Shown here: positions 10,847-19,473 of the stretch, piece after piece | How positions within the stretch are numbered: position 1 is the first letter of the stretch | Layout of the letters: each line of letters starts with the position of its first letter | Position numbers and translations under genes: made by a program | The notes under the pieces: model-generated | Told to the model about the DNA's origin: nothing | The model's input: only the letters and a program-made list of their open reading frames with translations | The model's database searches: none | NCBI GenBank assembly: GCA_034437335.1 | Contig: DAOTUG010000002.1 | Location: forward strand, 27,227 to 91,226 | Source: Anaerolineaceae bacterium | Lineage (GTDB): Bacteria; Chloroflexota; Anaerolineae; Anaerolineales; Anaerolineaceae | Direction: 5' to 3' | DNA length: 64,000 nt

Positions 10847-12268
10847 ATGACGTCCAAGAACCCCCTTCAAGAGAAACTGCCCTTTAAGATCAAACTGATC
10901 TGGGGACTGACCGCCCTGGGCACGACCACCGTTTCCAGCACTTATGCAGCCTTGCTAACTATCTATTACCAGGATTATCTGGGCTTGGCTGCCCGCTGGA
11001 TTGGAATCGCGTCAATAGCTTATGCAATCTGGAATGCGGTCAATGATCCCTTGTTTGGTTTTCTGACCGACAACACCCGCTCCCGGCTGGGACGCCGCAT
11101 TCCTTATTTACGCTTCACTGCGCCCTTTCTGGCCCTGACCTTTATATTGGTATGGATGGCGCCTCAGTCGGCCGGGGAAGTCTTCCAGTTCTGGTGGATG
11201 CTGGTAGCCATGCTGCTGTACGACACCGCCTATACCATTGTGGGCCTGGTCTATGCGGCCTTGCTGCCCGAGATCGCCGAGACGGATGAAGGACGCAGCA
11301 CCCTGCAGGTGTATTCTGGCATCTTTGGGTTGGGGGCGTATCTCCTGGGTTTCCTCATCCCTGAATTCTTTCGGCCAAAAGCCGGCGGGGATGGTTCACT
11401 TTTGGGTCTGCAGATTGCCATGGGGGTGGTGGGCGTCATCAGCGCAACCCTGATCATCCTGGCCAGTTACATTCTCAAGGAAAAACCGGCCATCAGCCAG
11501 TCTGATGCGCCTTTGGGGCTGGTAGCATCCATCCGGGAGACCTTCAAAAGCCGGGCCTTTCTGGTATGGGTCACACAAAATTTCCTGTTCATCCTGGCGC
11601 TGTCCATCACCACCGGGGCGGTGTTCTACCTGGCGGATTATGTGGTCCAAACGTCCGCCATTTTCCTTCTGGCGGCCATTTTCGGACCAATGGTTATCGG
11701 CATTCTTCTCAGTCGCACCATGGTGGCGCGTTTTGGCGCTGTACGGTCTGTTGAGATCTATCTTGGGGTTGGCGCAGTGGGCTCCATTGCTGTGGCCTTT
11801 GTCCAACCGCTGTTGCTCATCTATGTATCATTGGTTCTGGTCGGGTTGGGTATTTCCGGGGTCCAGGTGCTCATTAATGTCATGGTCGGTCAAATTGCGG
11901 ATGAGGATGAATTGCGCACCGGTGTTCGCCGTGAGGGCGCCTTCTTTGGCGTGAATGCCCTGGTGACCAAGCCCGCCCAGTCCCTGGCAATTTTCCTGAC
12001 CTCCTGGATTTTGGAGATCAGCGGGTTTGTGACCCGAGATCAAAATCTGGGGCAGATATTTTTGGGCCAGCCAGCTTCCGCCCTGTTTGGGATCCGTGTG
12101 ATCGTTGGACTGGTGCCTGGCGCAGCGATGGCTCTGGGCATGGTGATCCTGCTGGCCTATCCTCTCAAGGGCAGGGTTCTCCAGCAGGTGCAGGCTGATG
12201 TCCGTGCGCTCCACGCTGAAAAACGGGCCCGATACGAGGCCAGGAAGCCCGGGGGGATTTCCGAATGA
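10847..12268 (+). CDS. MFS transporter, GPH family (tandem paralog)
   Basis: About 65-70% identical by eye to the upstream transporter, including an identical DPLFGFLTDNTRSRLGRRIPY block. ATG at 10847 is preferred (GAGAGG 9 nt upstream) over TTG at 10838. Confidence 0.8.
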   Translation: MTSKNPLQEKLPFKIKLIWGLTALGTTTVSSTYAALLTIYYQDYLGLAARWIGIASIAYAIWNAVNDPLFGFLTDNTRSRLGRRIPYLRFTAPFLALTFILVWMAPQSAGEVFQFWWMLVAMLLYDTAYTIVGLVYAALLPEIAETDEGRSTLQVYSGIFGLGAYLLGFLIPEFFRPKAGGDGSLLGLQIAMGVVGVISATLIILASYILKEKPAISQSDAPLGLVASIRETFKSRAFLVWVTQNFLFILALSITTGAVFYLADYVVQTSAIFLLAAIFGPMVIGILLSRTMVARFGAVRSVEIYLGVGAVGSIAVAFVQPLLLIYVSLVLVGLGISGVQVLINVMVGQIADEDELRTGVRREGAFFGVNALVTKPAQSLAIFLTSWILEISGFVTRDQNLGQIFLGQPASALFGIRVIVGLVPGAAMALGMVILLAYPLKGRVLQQVQADVRALHAEKRARYEARKPGGISE

Positions 12269-12280
12269 GGTCGGGATTCC

Positions 12281-13441
12281 ATGTCTGATCGGCAGAAAAA
12301 GCGCCTGGGGGTTGTGGCGGCTGTATTCCTCAAACTGGGCTTCACAGCGTTTGGTGGTCCCGCTGCAGCAATCGCCATGATGCGTCAGGAATGCGTTGTG
12401 CGGCGGGGCTGGCTTTCGGAGGATGATTTTCTGGATTTTCTGGGCATCACCAATCTGGTGCCGGGGCCCAATGCCACCGAACTGGCCATCCATATCGGTT
12501 ACCGGCGTGCTGGATGGCCCGGGTTGGTGACGGCTGGGGTATGTTATATTCTTCCGGCCATGCTGATCGTCCTGGGACTGGCCTGGGGCTATGTCCATTT
12601 TGGCGCGCTGCCGGCCCTGGATGGGATCCTGTATGGCATCAAACCGGTGGTGGCGGCTGTGCTGATTTCAGCCCTGATGGGCATGCTCAGACCTCGCCGG
12701 GGAAACCTACCCGGTCTGATCCTGGTTGGATTGGCCTTTGCCATCTATCTTTTCGGAGCGGGTCCTCTGTGGGCGCTGCTGGGTGGCGGCGTTATTCTGG
12801 GGTTTCTGGAATATTTTCGGGAGCATCAGGGCGGCCTGTCCCTTTTGGGGGTTGGCCTTTCGCCTGTTGTGGGCACCCTGCGGGCTCTGATTGCTGCGGG
12901 GCTGCAGGCTGCACCCTTCACCTTGGGGCGGTTGCTGTGGGTTTTTCTCAAAGCGGGGGCTTTGATGTACGGCAGCGGATACGTCTTGCTGGCCTTTATC
13001 CGGCAGGATCTGGTAGAAAATTTGGGCTGGTTGAGCGATGGCGAATTGGTGGACGCCATTGCCATCGGACAGGTGACCCCCGGGCCTTTGTCTACCACCG
13101 CCACCTTTGTGGGATATGTGATGGGCGGCCTGCCGGCGGCCCTCCTGGCGACCCTGGCGATGTTTCTGCCCGGGTTTCTTTTTGTGGCGGTCACCCACCC
13201 CCTGCTGGGAAGGCTGCGGGAATCTTCCGCCGGCGGGGGATTCCTGGATGGCGTCACCTTCGCTGCCCTGGGTCTGATGGCGGGGGTTACCTGGCAGGTC
13301 GGCAGGGCAGCCCTGGTGGATCCCCTGACCGCGGTGGTGGGTACAGCGGCTTTGGTACTCCTGTGGCGGATGGAGGTGGATCCCCTCTGGCTGATCCTGG
13401 GGGGCGCCTTAGTCGGTGCAGTTCGAGCGTTGGTGCTTTAG
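12281..13441 (+). CDS. chrA: chromate transporter (CHR family)
   Basis: 386 aa with two CHR-like halves: FGGPAAAIAMM...VPGPNATELA and ALMYGSGYVLLAF...GQVTPGP. Confidence 0.8.
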   Translation: MSDRQKKRLGVVAAVFLKLGFTAFGGPAAAIAMMRQECVVRRGWLSEDDFLDFLGITNLVPGPNATELAIHIGYRRAGWPGLVTAGVCYILPAMLIVLGLAWGYVHFGALPALDGILYGIKPVVAAVLISALMGMLRPRRGNLPGLILVGLAFAIYLFGAGPLWALLGGGVILGFLEYFREHQGGLSLLGVGLSPVVGTLRALIAAGLQAAPFTLGRLLWVFLKAGALMYGSGYVLLAFIRQDLVENLGWLSDGELVDAIAIGQVTPGPLSTTATFVGYVMGGLPAALLATLAMFLPGFLFVAVTHPLLGRLRESSAGGGFLDGVTFAALGLMAGVTWQVGRAALVDPLTAVVGTAALVLLWRMEVDPLWLILGGALVGAVRALVL

Positions 13442-14119
13442 CAATAGATGCAGGGTTTGCTTTCCCCGCTCTGTTTGCCCAAATTCAGCGCTTTCCCGAC
13501 CCCAATCCCAATCTTTAGCGTGTTTGACAGGTTTCTTTGCGGCCCGGTGGGCGCGGCTGCGAGCGTCCTCCGGGAAGAGGGCGGCTGCGAAACACTCTGC
13601 CAGGTCCTCGCTGGCGTTGAAATTACGGTCCACGCCGCAGGGGGGCGGCGCGCTGCCCGGATCATACCAGAGGGCGCGCCAGTCCAGACGTCCTTCGAAC
13701 CGAAGGCGTTTCTTGAGGAACCCCTCCAGACGTTTTTGAAACCGTCGCAGGGGGGCTTTGAGCCACTCGCCGTGACCGGCGCGCAGGACGCGCTGCAGGG
13801 CCTGTTGTGGTTTGCGCTCCCAGGCGTTGTTCCAGCGATGGCCCAGCTCGTGGGCCAGAGTCCAATCACTCCAGGCATTGTTCAGATAGACGGCGTCCCC
13901 CCGGGTGAAGCCTGCCGTTCCGGGCCGTCCGCTGTGGTGAATGCTGGTGGTCTGCTCGTTGAAAACCGCGTTCAGGTTTTCCTCCCCACCGGTCAGGGCA
14001 GCCAGGCGAAGAAACACATCCCGAATGCGGCGGTTTTCTTCCGCCGTCCAATCGCCGATGCAGGTGACGCCCCAACGAGAAAGTTGGTCTTTGGGTTGAA
14101 GGGGGGGCAATTGGGGCAT
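13409..14119 (-). CDS. hypothetical protein with HExxH zinc-metallopeptidase motif
   Basis: 236 aa containing TLAHELGHRW. Composition is more protein-like than the antisense 292-aa ORF. Its 3' end overlaps the chrA 3' end by 33 nt. Confidence 0.55.
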   Translation of the reverse strand: MPQLPPLQPKDQLSRWGVTCIGDWTAEENRRIRDVFLRLAALTGGEENLNAVFNEQTTSIHHSGRPGTAGFTRGDAVYLNNAWSDWTLAHELGHRWNNAWERKPQQALQRVLRAGHGEWLKAPLRRFQKRLEGFLKKRLRFEGRLDWRALWYDPGSAPPPCGVDRNFNASEDLAECFAAALFPEDARSRAHRAAKKPVKHAKDWDWGRESAEFGQTERGKQTLHLLLKHQRSNCTD

Positions 14120-14337
14120 ATGTGGCTCCGGTCCTCAAGGTTGGATAGGGCAAGTGTACCAGATAACCCATACGGGCACCTTGTTTTGCGCGGGATGTCT
14201 GCTTTCCCCGAAGCGTTATGCCTAGGACCCGCTTCTGATGGATGCTCAGGATTTGGATTTTGCTGTCTGAAGTTCTTTCCGACCTCAATTGATGTTAAAA
14301 TGGGAAGGCCTCATCTCAAGACCTAAGAGGAGCATCA

Positions 14338-15147
14338 ATGGCAGAATTTCAACCCACCCCGGATCCAGCCTTGAATGGTGTCCTGCTGGATCTGCTGTCC
14401 GGAATCCGTCCCATTCTGGCTGATAATTTTCTTGGGGCCTATCTGCAAGGTTCTTTTGCCCACGGCGGTTGGGATCGCGACAGTGATGTGGATTTTGTGG
14501 TTGTGGTGGATCGGCCCCTCACAGGCGCAGAACTGAACTGGCTGCAGCCGGTCCATGCCCGGCTGCAGGAAACCGATGTCTACTGGGCTCATCACCTGGA
14601 AGGGACTTATTTCCCCCGGGAAGTATTAGGGGATCTGTCCCGCACGGCAGTGCCTTTGGATTATCTTGACAATGGCAGTCTGACCTTTGAAAAATCAACC
14701 CATGATAACACCCTGGTGGTCCGGCGGGTGCTGCGCCGGCAGGGGGTAGTCCTGGCCGGCCCGCCCCCGGAGGTCTGGATCCCGCCGGTCCCGGATGAGG
14801 CCCTCAGAGCAGAGGTTCGGGATGTGATGTTTTCCTGGGGGCAGGAGATCCTCACCGGCGCATATGACATCAACAATGGCTGGGCTCAGCCCTTTGCTGT
14901 GTTGATGTACTGCCGCATGCTGCACACCCTGGCATCCGGGGATGTGCATTCCAAACCCGCTGGCGCGGCCTGGGCAAAAAAGGCCCTGGACCCGAAATGG
15001 ATGGATTTGATTGCGGTTGCTGAGGCGGACCGGGACAACCAATATCAGCGGTATTATGATGCTGCGAATCCGGATCGGGTTCGGCGTACACAGCAGTTCA
15101 TTGCTTATGCCCTGGATCTGGCTCGTGACCGCTTTGGGAAGGGTTGA
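14338..15147 (+). CDS. nucleotidyltransferase domain protein, aminoglycoside adenylyltransferase (ANT(3'')/DUF4111)-like
   Basis: 269 aa with the Pol-beta NTase motif GSFAHGGWDRDSDVDFVVVV. AGGAG Shine-Dalgarno upstream. Confidence 0.6.
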   Translation: MAEFQPTPDPALNGVLLDLLSGIRPILADNFLGAYLQGSFAHGGWDRDSDVDFVVVVDRPLTGAELNWLQPVHARLQETDVYWAHHLEGTYFPREVLGDLSRTAVPLDYLDNGSLTFEKSTHDNTLVVRRVLRRQGVVLAGPPPEVWIPPVPDEALRAEVRDVMFSWGQEILTGAYDINNGWAQPFAVLMYCRMLHTLASGDVHSKPAGAAWAKKALDPKWMDLIAVAEADRDNQYQRYYDAANPDRVRRTQQFIAYALDLARDRFGKG

Positions 15148-15234
15148 TCCATCGTTGTGTTTGCTATTGGCGGAAAACCGGACCCTTGTGAGTATAATTA
15201 TTTCAAGAGAAACCACACCAGGAAGGAAGAAAGC

Positions 15235-16356
15235 ATGGGAAAAAACGTTGGGATATTGACTGCCGGCAGCGATTGCCCAGGACTGAATGCCACCATCCGC
15301 GGGTTTGGCAAGGCTGCCCGCAACACCTATGGAATGACTCTGGTGGGGATCAAGGATGGCTTTCAGGGATTGTTGGCCGGGGAGACAATTGACATGGGGA
15401 AGGAAACCCTTTCCAATGTCCTCACGGCTGGGGGGACAATTCTTGGCACCAGCCGGCTTGTGCCCCATGCAGTGAAGGAAAACGGGGAGGTTGTAGATAA
15501 GACAGAGCAGGCCTGCCAGGTGGTGGAAGACCTGGGGTTGGACGCTCTGCTGTGTATTGGGGGGCAGGAAACCCAGGAAGCTGCCCTGCGACTTTCAAAG
15601 GAGGGGGTGCAGGTGGTCACCCTGCCCAAGTCAGCGGACAACGATGTTGCCATGACGGATACCACCATTGGCTTTGACACCGCCAAGGATATCGCCACAG
15701 AAGCCATTGATCGCCTGCACAGCACAGCCAACAGCAATCACCGCATTATCATTGTTGAGGTAATGGGCAGGGAGGTCGGGTGGCTGACCCTTGGCGCCGG
15801 GGTGGCCGCCGGGGCGGATGTGATCCTGATCCCGGAAATTCCCTATGACATGGGCAAGATTTCCCAGGCCATCCTGGACCGCAATCAGGCTGGAAAAATG
15901 TTCAGCATTGTGGCGGTGGCCGAGGGCGCTTTTTCCTCTGAACTGGTGGCCTTCTTTGAACGCTCGATGAAGCTGAACCGCAAGGTCCATGACGATGAGG
16001 AACAGCAATTGGGGCAGTCCCGCATGGAACGCCTCAAACAGCAGTATGCAGGGGAAACGCTGCTGCTGGCTAACCGTCTGGAGGAAGCCACGGGTTTGGA
16101 AAGTCGAATCACCATCCTGGGCTATCTCCTGCGCGGGGGCGCGCCCTCCGCCAGCGACCGCGTCCTGGCCACCCAGTTGGGCACCCGCGCTGCGGATCTG
16201 ATTGACGAGGGCCAACATGGTAAAATGATCGCCTTTCGCAACGGACGGGCTGAAACGGTCTCGCTGGAAGAGGTGGCCGGGAAGGAAAAACCGGTGGCTT
16301 CGGACCATCCCTGGATCACCAGCGCCCGGCATGTGGGCACCGTGTTTGGGGATTGA
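15235..16356 (+). CDS. pfk: 6-phosphofructokinase (PFK-A family)
   Basis: GILTAGSDCPGLNA, PKSADNDV, GFDTA, MGREVGW. ATG at 15235 is preceded by AGGAAGGAAG; the upstream 26 codons of the ORF are not PFK-like. Confidence 0.85.
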   Translation: MGKNVGILTAGSDCPGLNATIRGFGKAARNTYGMTLVGIKDGFQGLLAGETIDMGKETLSNVLTAGGTILGTSRLVPHAVKENGEVVDKTEQACQVVEDLGLDALLCIGGQETQEAALRLSKEGVQVVTLPKSADNDVAMTDTTIGFDTAKDIATEAIDRLHSTANSNHRIIIVEVMGREVGWLTLGAGVAAGADVILIPEIPYDMGKISQAILDRNQAGKMFSIVAVAEGAFSSELVAFFERSMKLNRKVHDDEEQQLGQSRMERLKQQYAGETLLLANRLEEATGLESRITILGYLLRGGAPSASDRVLATQLGTRAADLIDEGQHGKMIAFRNGRAETVSLEEVAGKEKPVASDHPWITSARHVGTVFGD

Positions 16357-16396
16357 CGCATTAAACCGGGGGTCCCGTTTTCTGCTAGCATTGCAC

Positions 16397-16425
16397 AGGC
16401 CAGTCCCGGCGGCTGGCCTTTTTCT
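16397..16425 (+). terminator. rho-independent terminator after pfk
   Basis: AGGCCAG-tcccggcgg-CTGGCCT followed by TTTTTC. Confidence 0.55.
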
Positions 16426-16433
16426 ACTGTACA

Positions 16434-17030
16434 TTAGTGTGTGCTGCGCACCAGAATGACCATGGCCAGGTCCTCTCCCTCCGGACGGACGGCGGCGATG
16501 CTGGTCATATCATCCCCCTTTTCATAGATATCAAACAGGGATTCCGGATCGTCTGCGATGGCGGCAAACAAGCTGAACCCCATTTCCTCCAGGGCATTTT
16601 CATAGAACAGGGAGATTTCCTCCAGGCTGGCTTCAATAAAGAAGGTATAGGCGCCTTCCCCTTCATATCCGCCTTTTGCTCCCGGCATCACCGGCAGCCC
16701 CTCCCAGGTTTCCAGGGGCGGCTGAATCACATCCTCGTCAAAATCGAATTCGAGAGGGAGATCTCCGGCTTCTTCGGTGAGGTCTTCTTCAACACCTTCT
16801 TCTCCTACAGGTTGTGTTTCCACGGTGGGGCGGATGTGGGTCGTTTGTGTGGGGGTAGGGTCAGGCGCTGTGGTGGCCGCAGGGGGTTCCGTGGGGAGGA
16901 AAGTGGGTTCAGGTTCGGGGGTAGCGGTTTCTGTAGTCCGGTCGGGAAGGAGGGGCATCCGACACGCCAGGATGGGCCACACCAGCAGAAACATGACGAT
17001 CATGAGCGTTCGGGATGATTTCTGTATCAT
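16434..17030 (-). CDS. putative secreted lipoprotein with Pro/Thr/Glu-rich linker
   Basis: 198 aa. Signal peptide ending in the lipobox-like ILAC, then a TETATPEPEPTFLPTEPPAATTAPDPTPT linker, then an acidic globular C-terminus. Its start overlaps the upstream gene stop by 4 nt. Confidence 0.55.
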   Translation of the reverse strand: MIQKSSRTLMIVMFLLVWPILACRMPLLPDRTTETATPEPEPTFLPTEPPAATTAPDPTPTQTTHIRPTVETQPVGEEGVEEDLTEEAGDLPLEFDFDEDVIQPPLETWEGLPVMPGAKGGYEGEGAYTFFIEASLEEISLFYENALEEMGFSLFAAIADDPESLFDIYEKGDDMTSIAAVRPEGEDLAMVILVRSTH

Positions 17031-18157
17031 CGTGTTGCGTCACTCCGTTCTTTCGTGGTTTGGGGCTGTTCGCTGTCATCATAGAGGCATTGCAGTTTCT
17101 GGCAGAGGGAGAGATCTTCCAATAGGTCGGTGTTGTCCGCAATTTGGTCCAAGCTGCCCAGCTTTGAGGGAAGGGTTTTCACTGCGGAGTCTTCGATTGA
17201 ATTCAGGAGGGCTGTCACGAACCGGCTGGCGTGAATTACCAGGAAGGGACGGTTGTGGAAATTGGATACTTCCGCTGGAATGGCCGACGTCAGACCCAGG
17301 GCATTGTGCCGGTGCGCCAGCAGGATGGCCGCGCTGTTGAGGCGCTTTTCCCTGGTTTTCCAATGCTGGGCATCCAGGGCGGATTTTAAGACCGGCAGTA
17401 AGTTTTTGGCGGATTTAAGTTGTTTGAAGGCGCTCCCAAACCATTTACGGTAGGGGGCATATTCCTGTTCCATCAGAAAGGCCAGAGATATCATATCCCG
17501 GACCAGCCGGCCTGTCAGGAGCCGGGAACCGAGTTCGTCGCCGACACTGGCAGTTCGGCCGATGAAGGGTTCGTCCTGGTCAATCCGCAGCCACTGGTTT
17601 GCCAGGAGATAGCGCCAGACATCGGGAGGATACCAGTCGAAGCGGCGGCGCAGCGGTTCCATCCGGCCCAGTCCATCGTGATAGATCCTGCCTGCGCGCA
17701 GGGTGCGCAGACGCTGCTGGGGCAGGGTGAGCCAATCCACCGGGGCCATGGGATGGTGAATGTCAACCCTCAAGTAATCCTGAAAGAACTGCCCCGGGGT
17801 GGTGATGTGGACCATGTGGCGGATCGGGTGTCGTTTCTTCAGAGACATCACCCCGCCATCGGACAGGGGTTCATCAAAATGGGTGGGAAAACCATGGATG
17901 GTGAAGGGCAGATGGTGAGCCAGGACATGGTCCAGAGGGCCCCGATACTTCGTATAGTCTTCCGGGTTGAGGAAGAGGGTCATCTTGGGCCCCCAGCCAT
18001 GGTCCATGGACATCGCGGTATCAAAGCCAAGCACGTCCGATCCGTAGCCCAGGCGTGCGGCCGAATAGCAAACTTCAGGGAAATGGGCTGCCATCAGGGG
18101 CTTGATGGCTTCGTGGAAAAAATAGGCGCTTAATTCGAGGCCGGGGATGTGTTTCAT
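17027..18157 (-). CDS. DUF4037-like protein (degenerate nucleotidyltransferase fold)
   Basis: MKHIPGLELSAYFFHEAIKPL...RLGYGSDVLGFDTAMSMDHGWGP. ATG at 18157 with an AAGGGA Shine-Dalgarno is preferred over the longer ORF start at 18232. Confidence 0.55.
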   Translation of the reverse strand: MKHIPGLELSAYFFHEAIKPLMAAHFPEVCYSAARLGYGSDVLGFDTAMSMDHGWGPKMTLFLNPEDYTKYRGPLDHVLAHHLPFTIHGFPTHFDEPLSDGGVMSLKKRHPIRHMVHITTPGQFFQDYLRVDIHHPMAPVDWLTLPQQRLRTLRAGRIYHDGLGRMEPLRRRFDWYPPDVWRYLLANQWLRIDQDEPFIGRTASVGDELGSRLLTGRLVRDMISLAFLMEQEYAPYRKWFGSAFKQLKSAKNLLPVLKSALDAQHWKTREKRLNSAAILLAHRHNALGLTSAIPAEVSNFHNRPFLVIHASRFVTALLNSIEDSAVKTLPSKLGSLDQIADNTDLLEDLSLCQKLQCLYDDSEQPQTTKERSDATR

Positions 18158-18382
18158 CGTAATTCCCTTCGTGAAAGATGCTGTGGTTATTATAAACACA
18201 ATTTGGTGGCATGAAATTCTCCTGGCCAACATTGCGACAACTTCTTTCCGGCAAAACCAACCGAATTTCCGATATTGCTACCCTGTTTTGCCAAAATCCA
18301 GCCATTCATTATTTGGATATTCGGTAACCTGAAATCAATCGAATGGGTTTGGTATTAACTCAACACCGTTAAAGGAGAAAAC

Positions 18383-18544
18383 ATGTTTACATGGATCATG
18401 GCGATTTTGCTGGTTATTCTCATCGTCGGGTTTCTGCCCGTCTGGCCCTACAATGCCGAACGAACCTGGGGATGGTGGCCCAGCAGCATATTCACGATAT
18501 TGTTGTTTGTGTTTGTCATCGCATTGCTGCTGGAAGTCTTCTAA
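18383..18544 (+). CDS. small membrane protein, DUF3309-like
   Basis: 53 aa, below the ORF-track cutoff: MFTWIMAILLVILIVGFLPVWPYNAERTWGWWPSSIFTILLFVFVIALLLEVF. AAAGGAG Shine-Dalgarno 7 nt upstream. Confidence 0.6.
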   Translation: MFTWIMAILLVILIVGFLPVWPYNAERTWGWWPSSIFTILLFVFVIALLLEVF

Positions 18545-18779
18545 ACTGTGTGGCGGGGTGACTCAGTTGCTGCTGACCCGCCAGCAGAAAGAGATTGTGT
18601 CCTTATGATGCGACCTGTGAAAGGCTGGAAGTTTGGCCCGGGTACCGCTTCAAGGAAGTGATTGCTTCACAGATTATCTGGATGACAGTCAAGGATTTCT
18701 ATAAAAGGGATGCAATCTTCGAAGAATAGTGTAGTTGACAGTTTTTACTCAACAGATTAGAGAAAAGAAAGGAAAAATC

Positions 18780-18941
18780 ATGGAACTCTTAGAATGGGCC
18801 TTAATTGCCTTTGTTGTGGCCGTTGTTGCGGCTGTGTTTGGATTTGGCGGGATTGCCCGCGGGGCGGCCTCGGTCGCGAAATTCTTGTTCGGACTGTTCT
18901 TGGTCGTGGCTGTGGTCCTGCTGCTTGTTGGCCTGCTGTGA
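18780..18941 (+). CDS. small membrane protein, UPF0391/DUF1328-like
   Basis: MELLEWALIAFVVAVVAAVFGFGGIARGAASVAKFLFGLFLVVAVVLLLVGLL. ATG at 18780 follows AAAGGAAAAA. Confidence 0.65.
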   Translation: MELLEWALIAFVVAVVAAVFGFGGIARGAASVAKFLFGLFLVVAVVLLLVGLL

Positions 18942-18966
18942 TCCAGATCTAATACCAACCATTCAG

Positions 18967-19005
18967 CCGCACCGGCGATCGCCGGTGCGGCCTTTTTCCT
19001 TTTTC
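18967..19005 (+). terminator. rho-independent terminator
   Basis: Perfect 12-bp palindromic stem CCGCACCGGCGA/TCGCCGGTGCGG followed by CCTTTTTCCTTTTTC. Confidence 0.75.
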
Positions 19006-19473
19006 TCATCCAACCAATCCACCTCAGGAAAACAACCGCCTTTCAGACAGGAAATGTTGCCGGGCTTTTCGGGTGCTGTTTGATGTTGTTATCTCTATCC
19101 CGTCAGCTTCGGGAGTTCCGGATCCATCAGCAAATCTGGCAGTATCGGTTAGAATGAACGAAGAGGCATACCGGGATCGCCCTGGTCAGAGGGTGTTTGT
19201 TGCCCCTGGCCTGACCCTGTAGCGATTGCTTCTGACGGCGGGCTGATTCTTCTCCGGAGGGCAAATCTCCTGCAGGGTGTGTGGGCTCTGCCCATTTCCT
19301 TTCCGAGGGTCTGCTTGATATTCCCCTCCGGTTTGATGGCGCTCCTGTTTGCTTATCCCGCTTTGGTGGGGATCAGAAACAGCGGTTTCCGAGGCGAGTG
19401 AAGGGGACTGCGTTTCTGATGGACCCCTTGTTGAATACGGTCATTAATGCATTTTTAGAAAGAGGTTGAACCC

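Noticed and set aside
12514-13518. 334-aa alternative-frame ORF inside chrA
   Set aside because: Gly/Arg/Pro-rich out-of-frame translation. The chrA frame gives coherent TM helices and CHR motifs.
13448-14326. 292-aa plus-strand ORF opposite the HExxH gene
   Set aside because: It has no motif and odd composition, and would run through the divergent promoter gap. The minus strand encodes an HELGH protein. Kept as a caveat in the corresponding finding.
19281-19469. 62-aa GTG-initiated ORF just upstream of the alpha-mannosidase
   Set aside because: No Shine-Dalgarno sequence, an Arg/Gly/Phe-rich sequence, and it ends 4 nt before the next gene's start. Probably non-coding leader.
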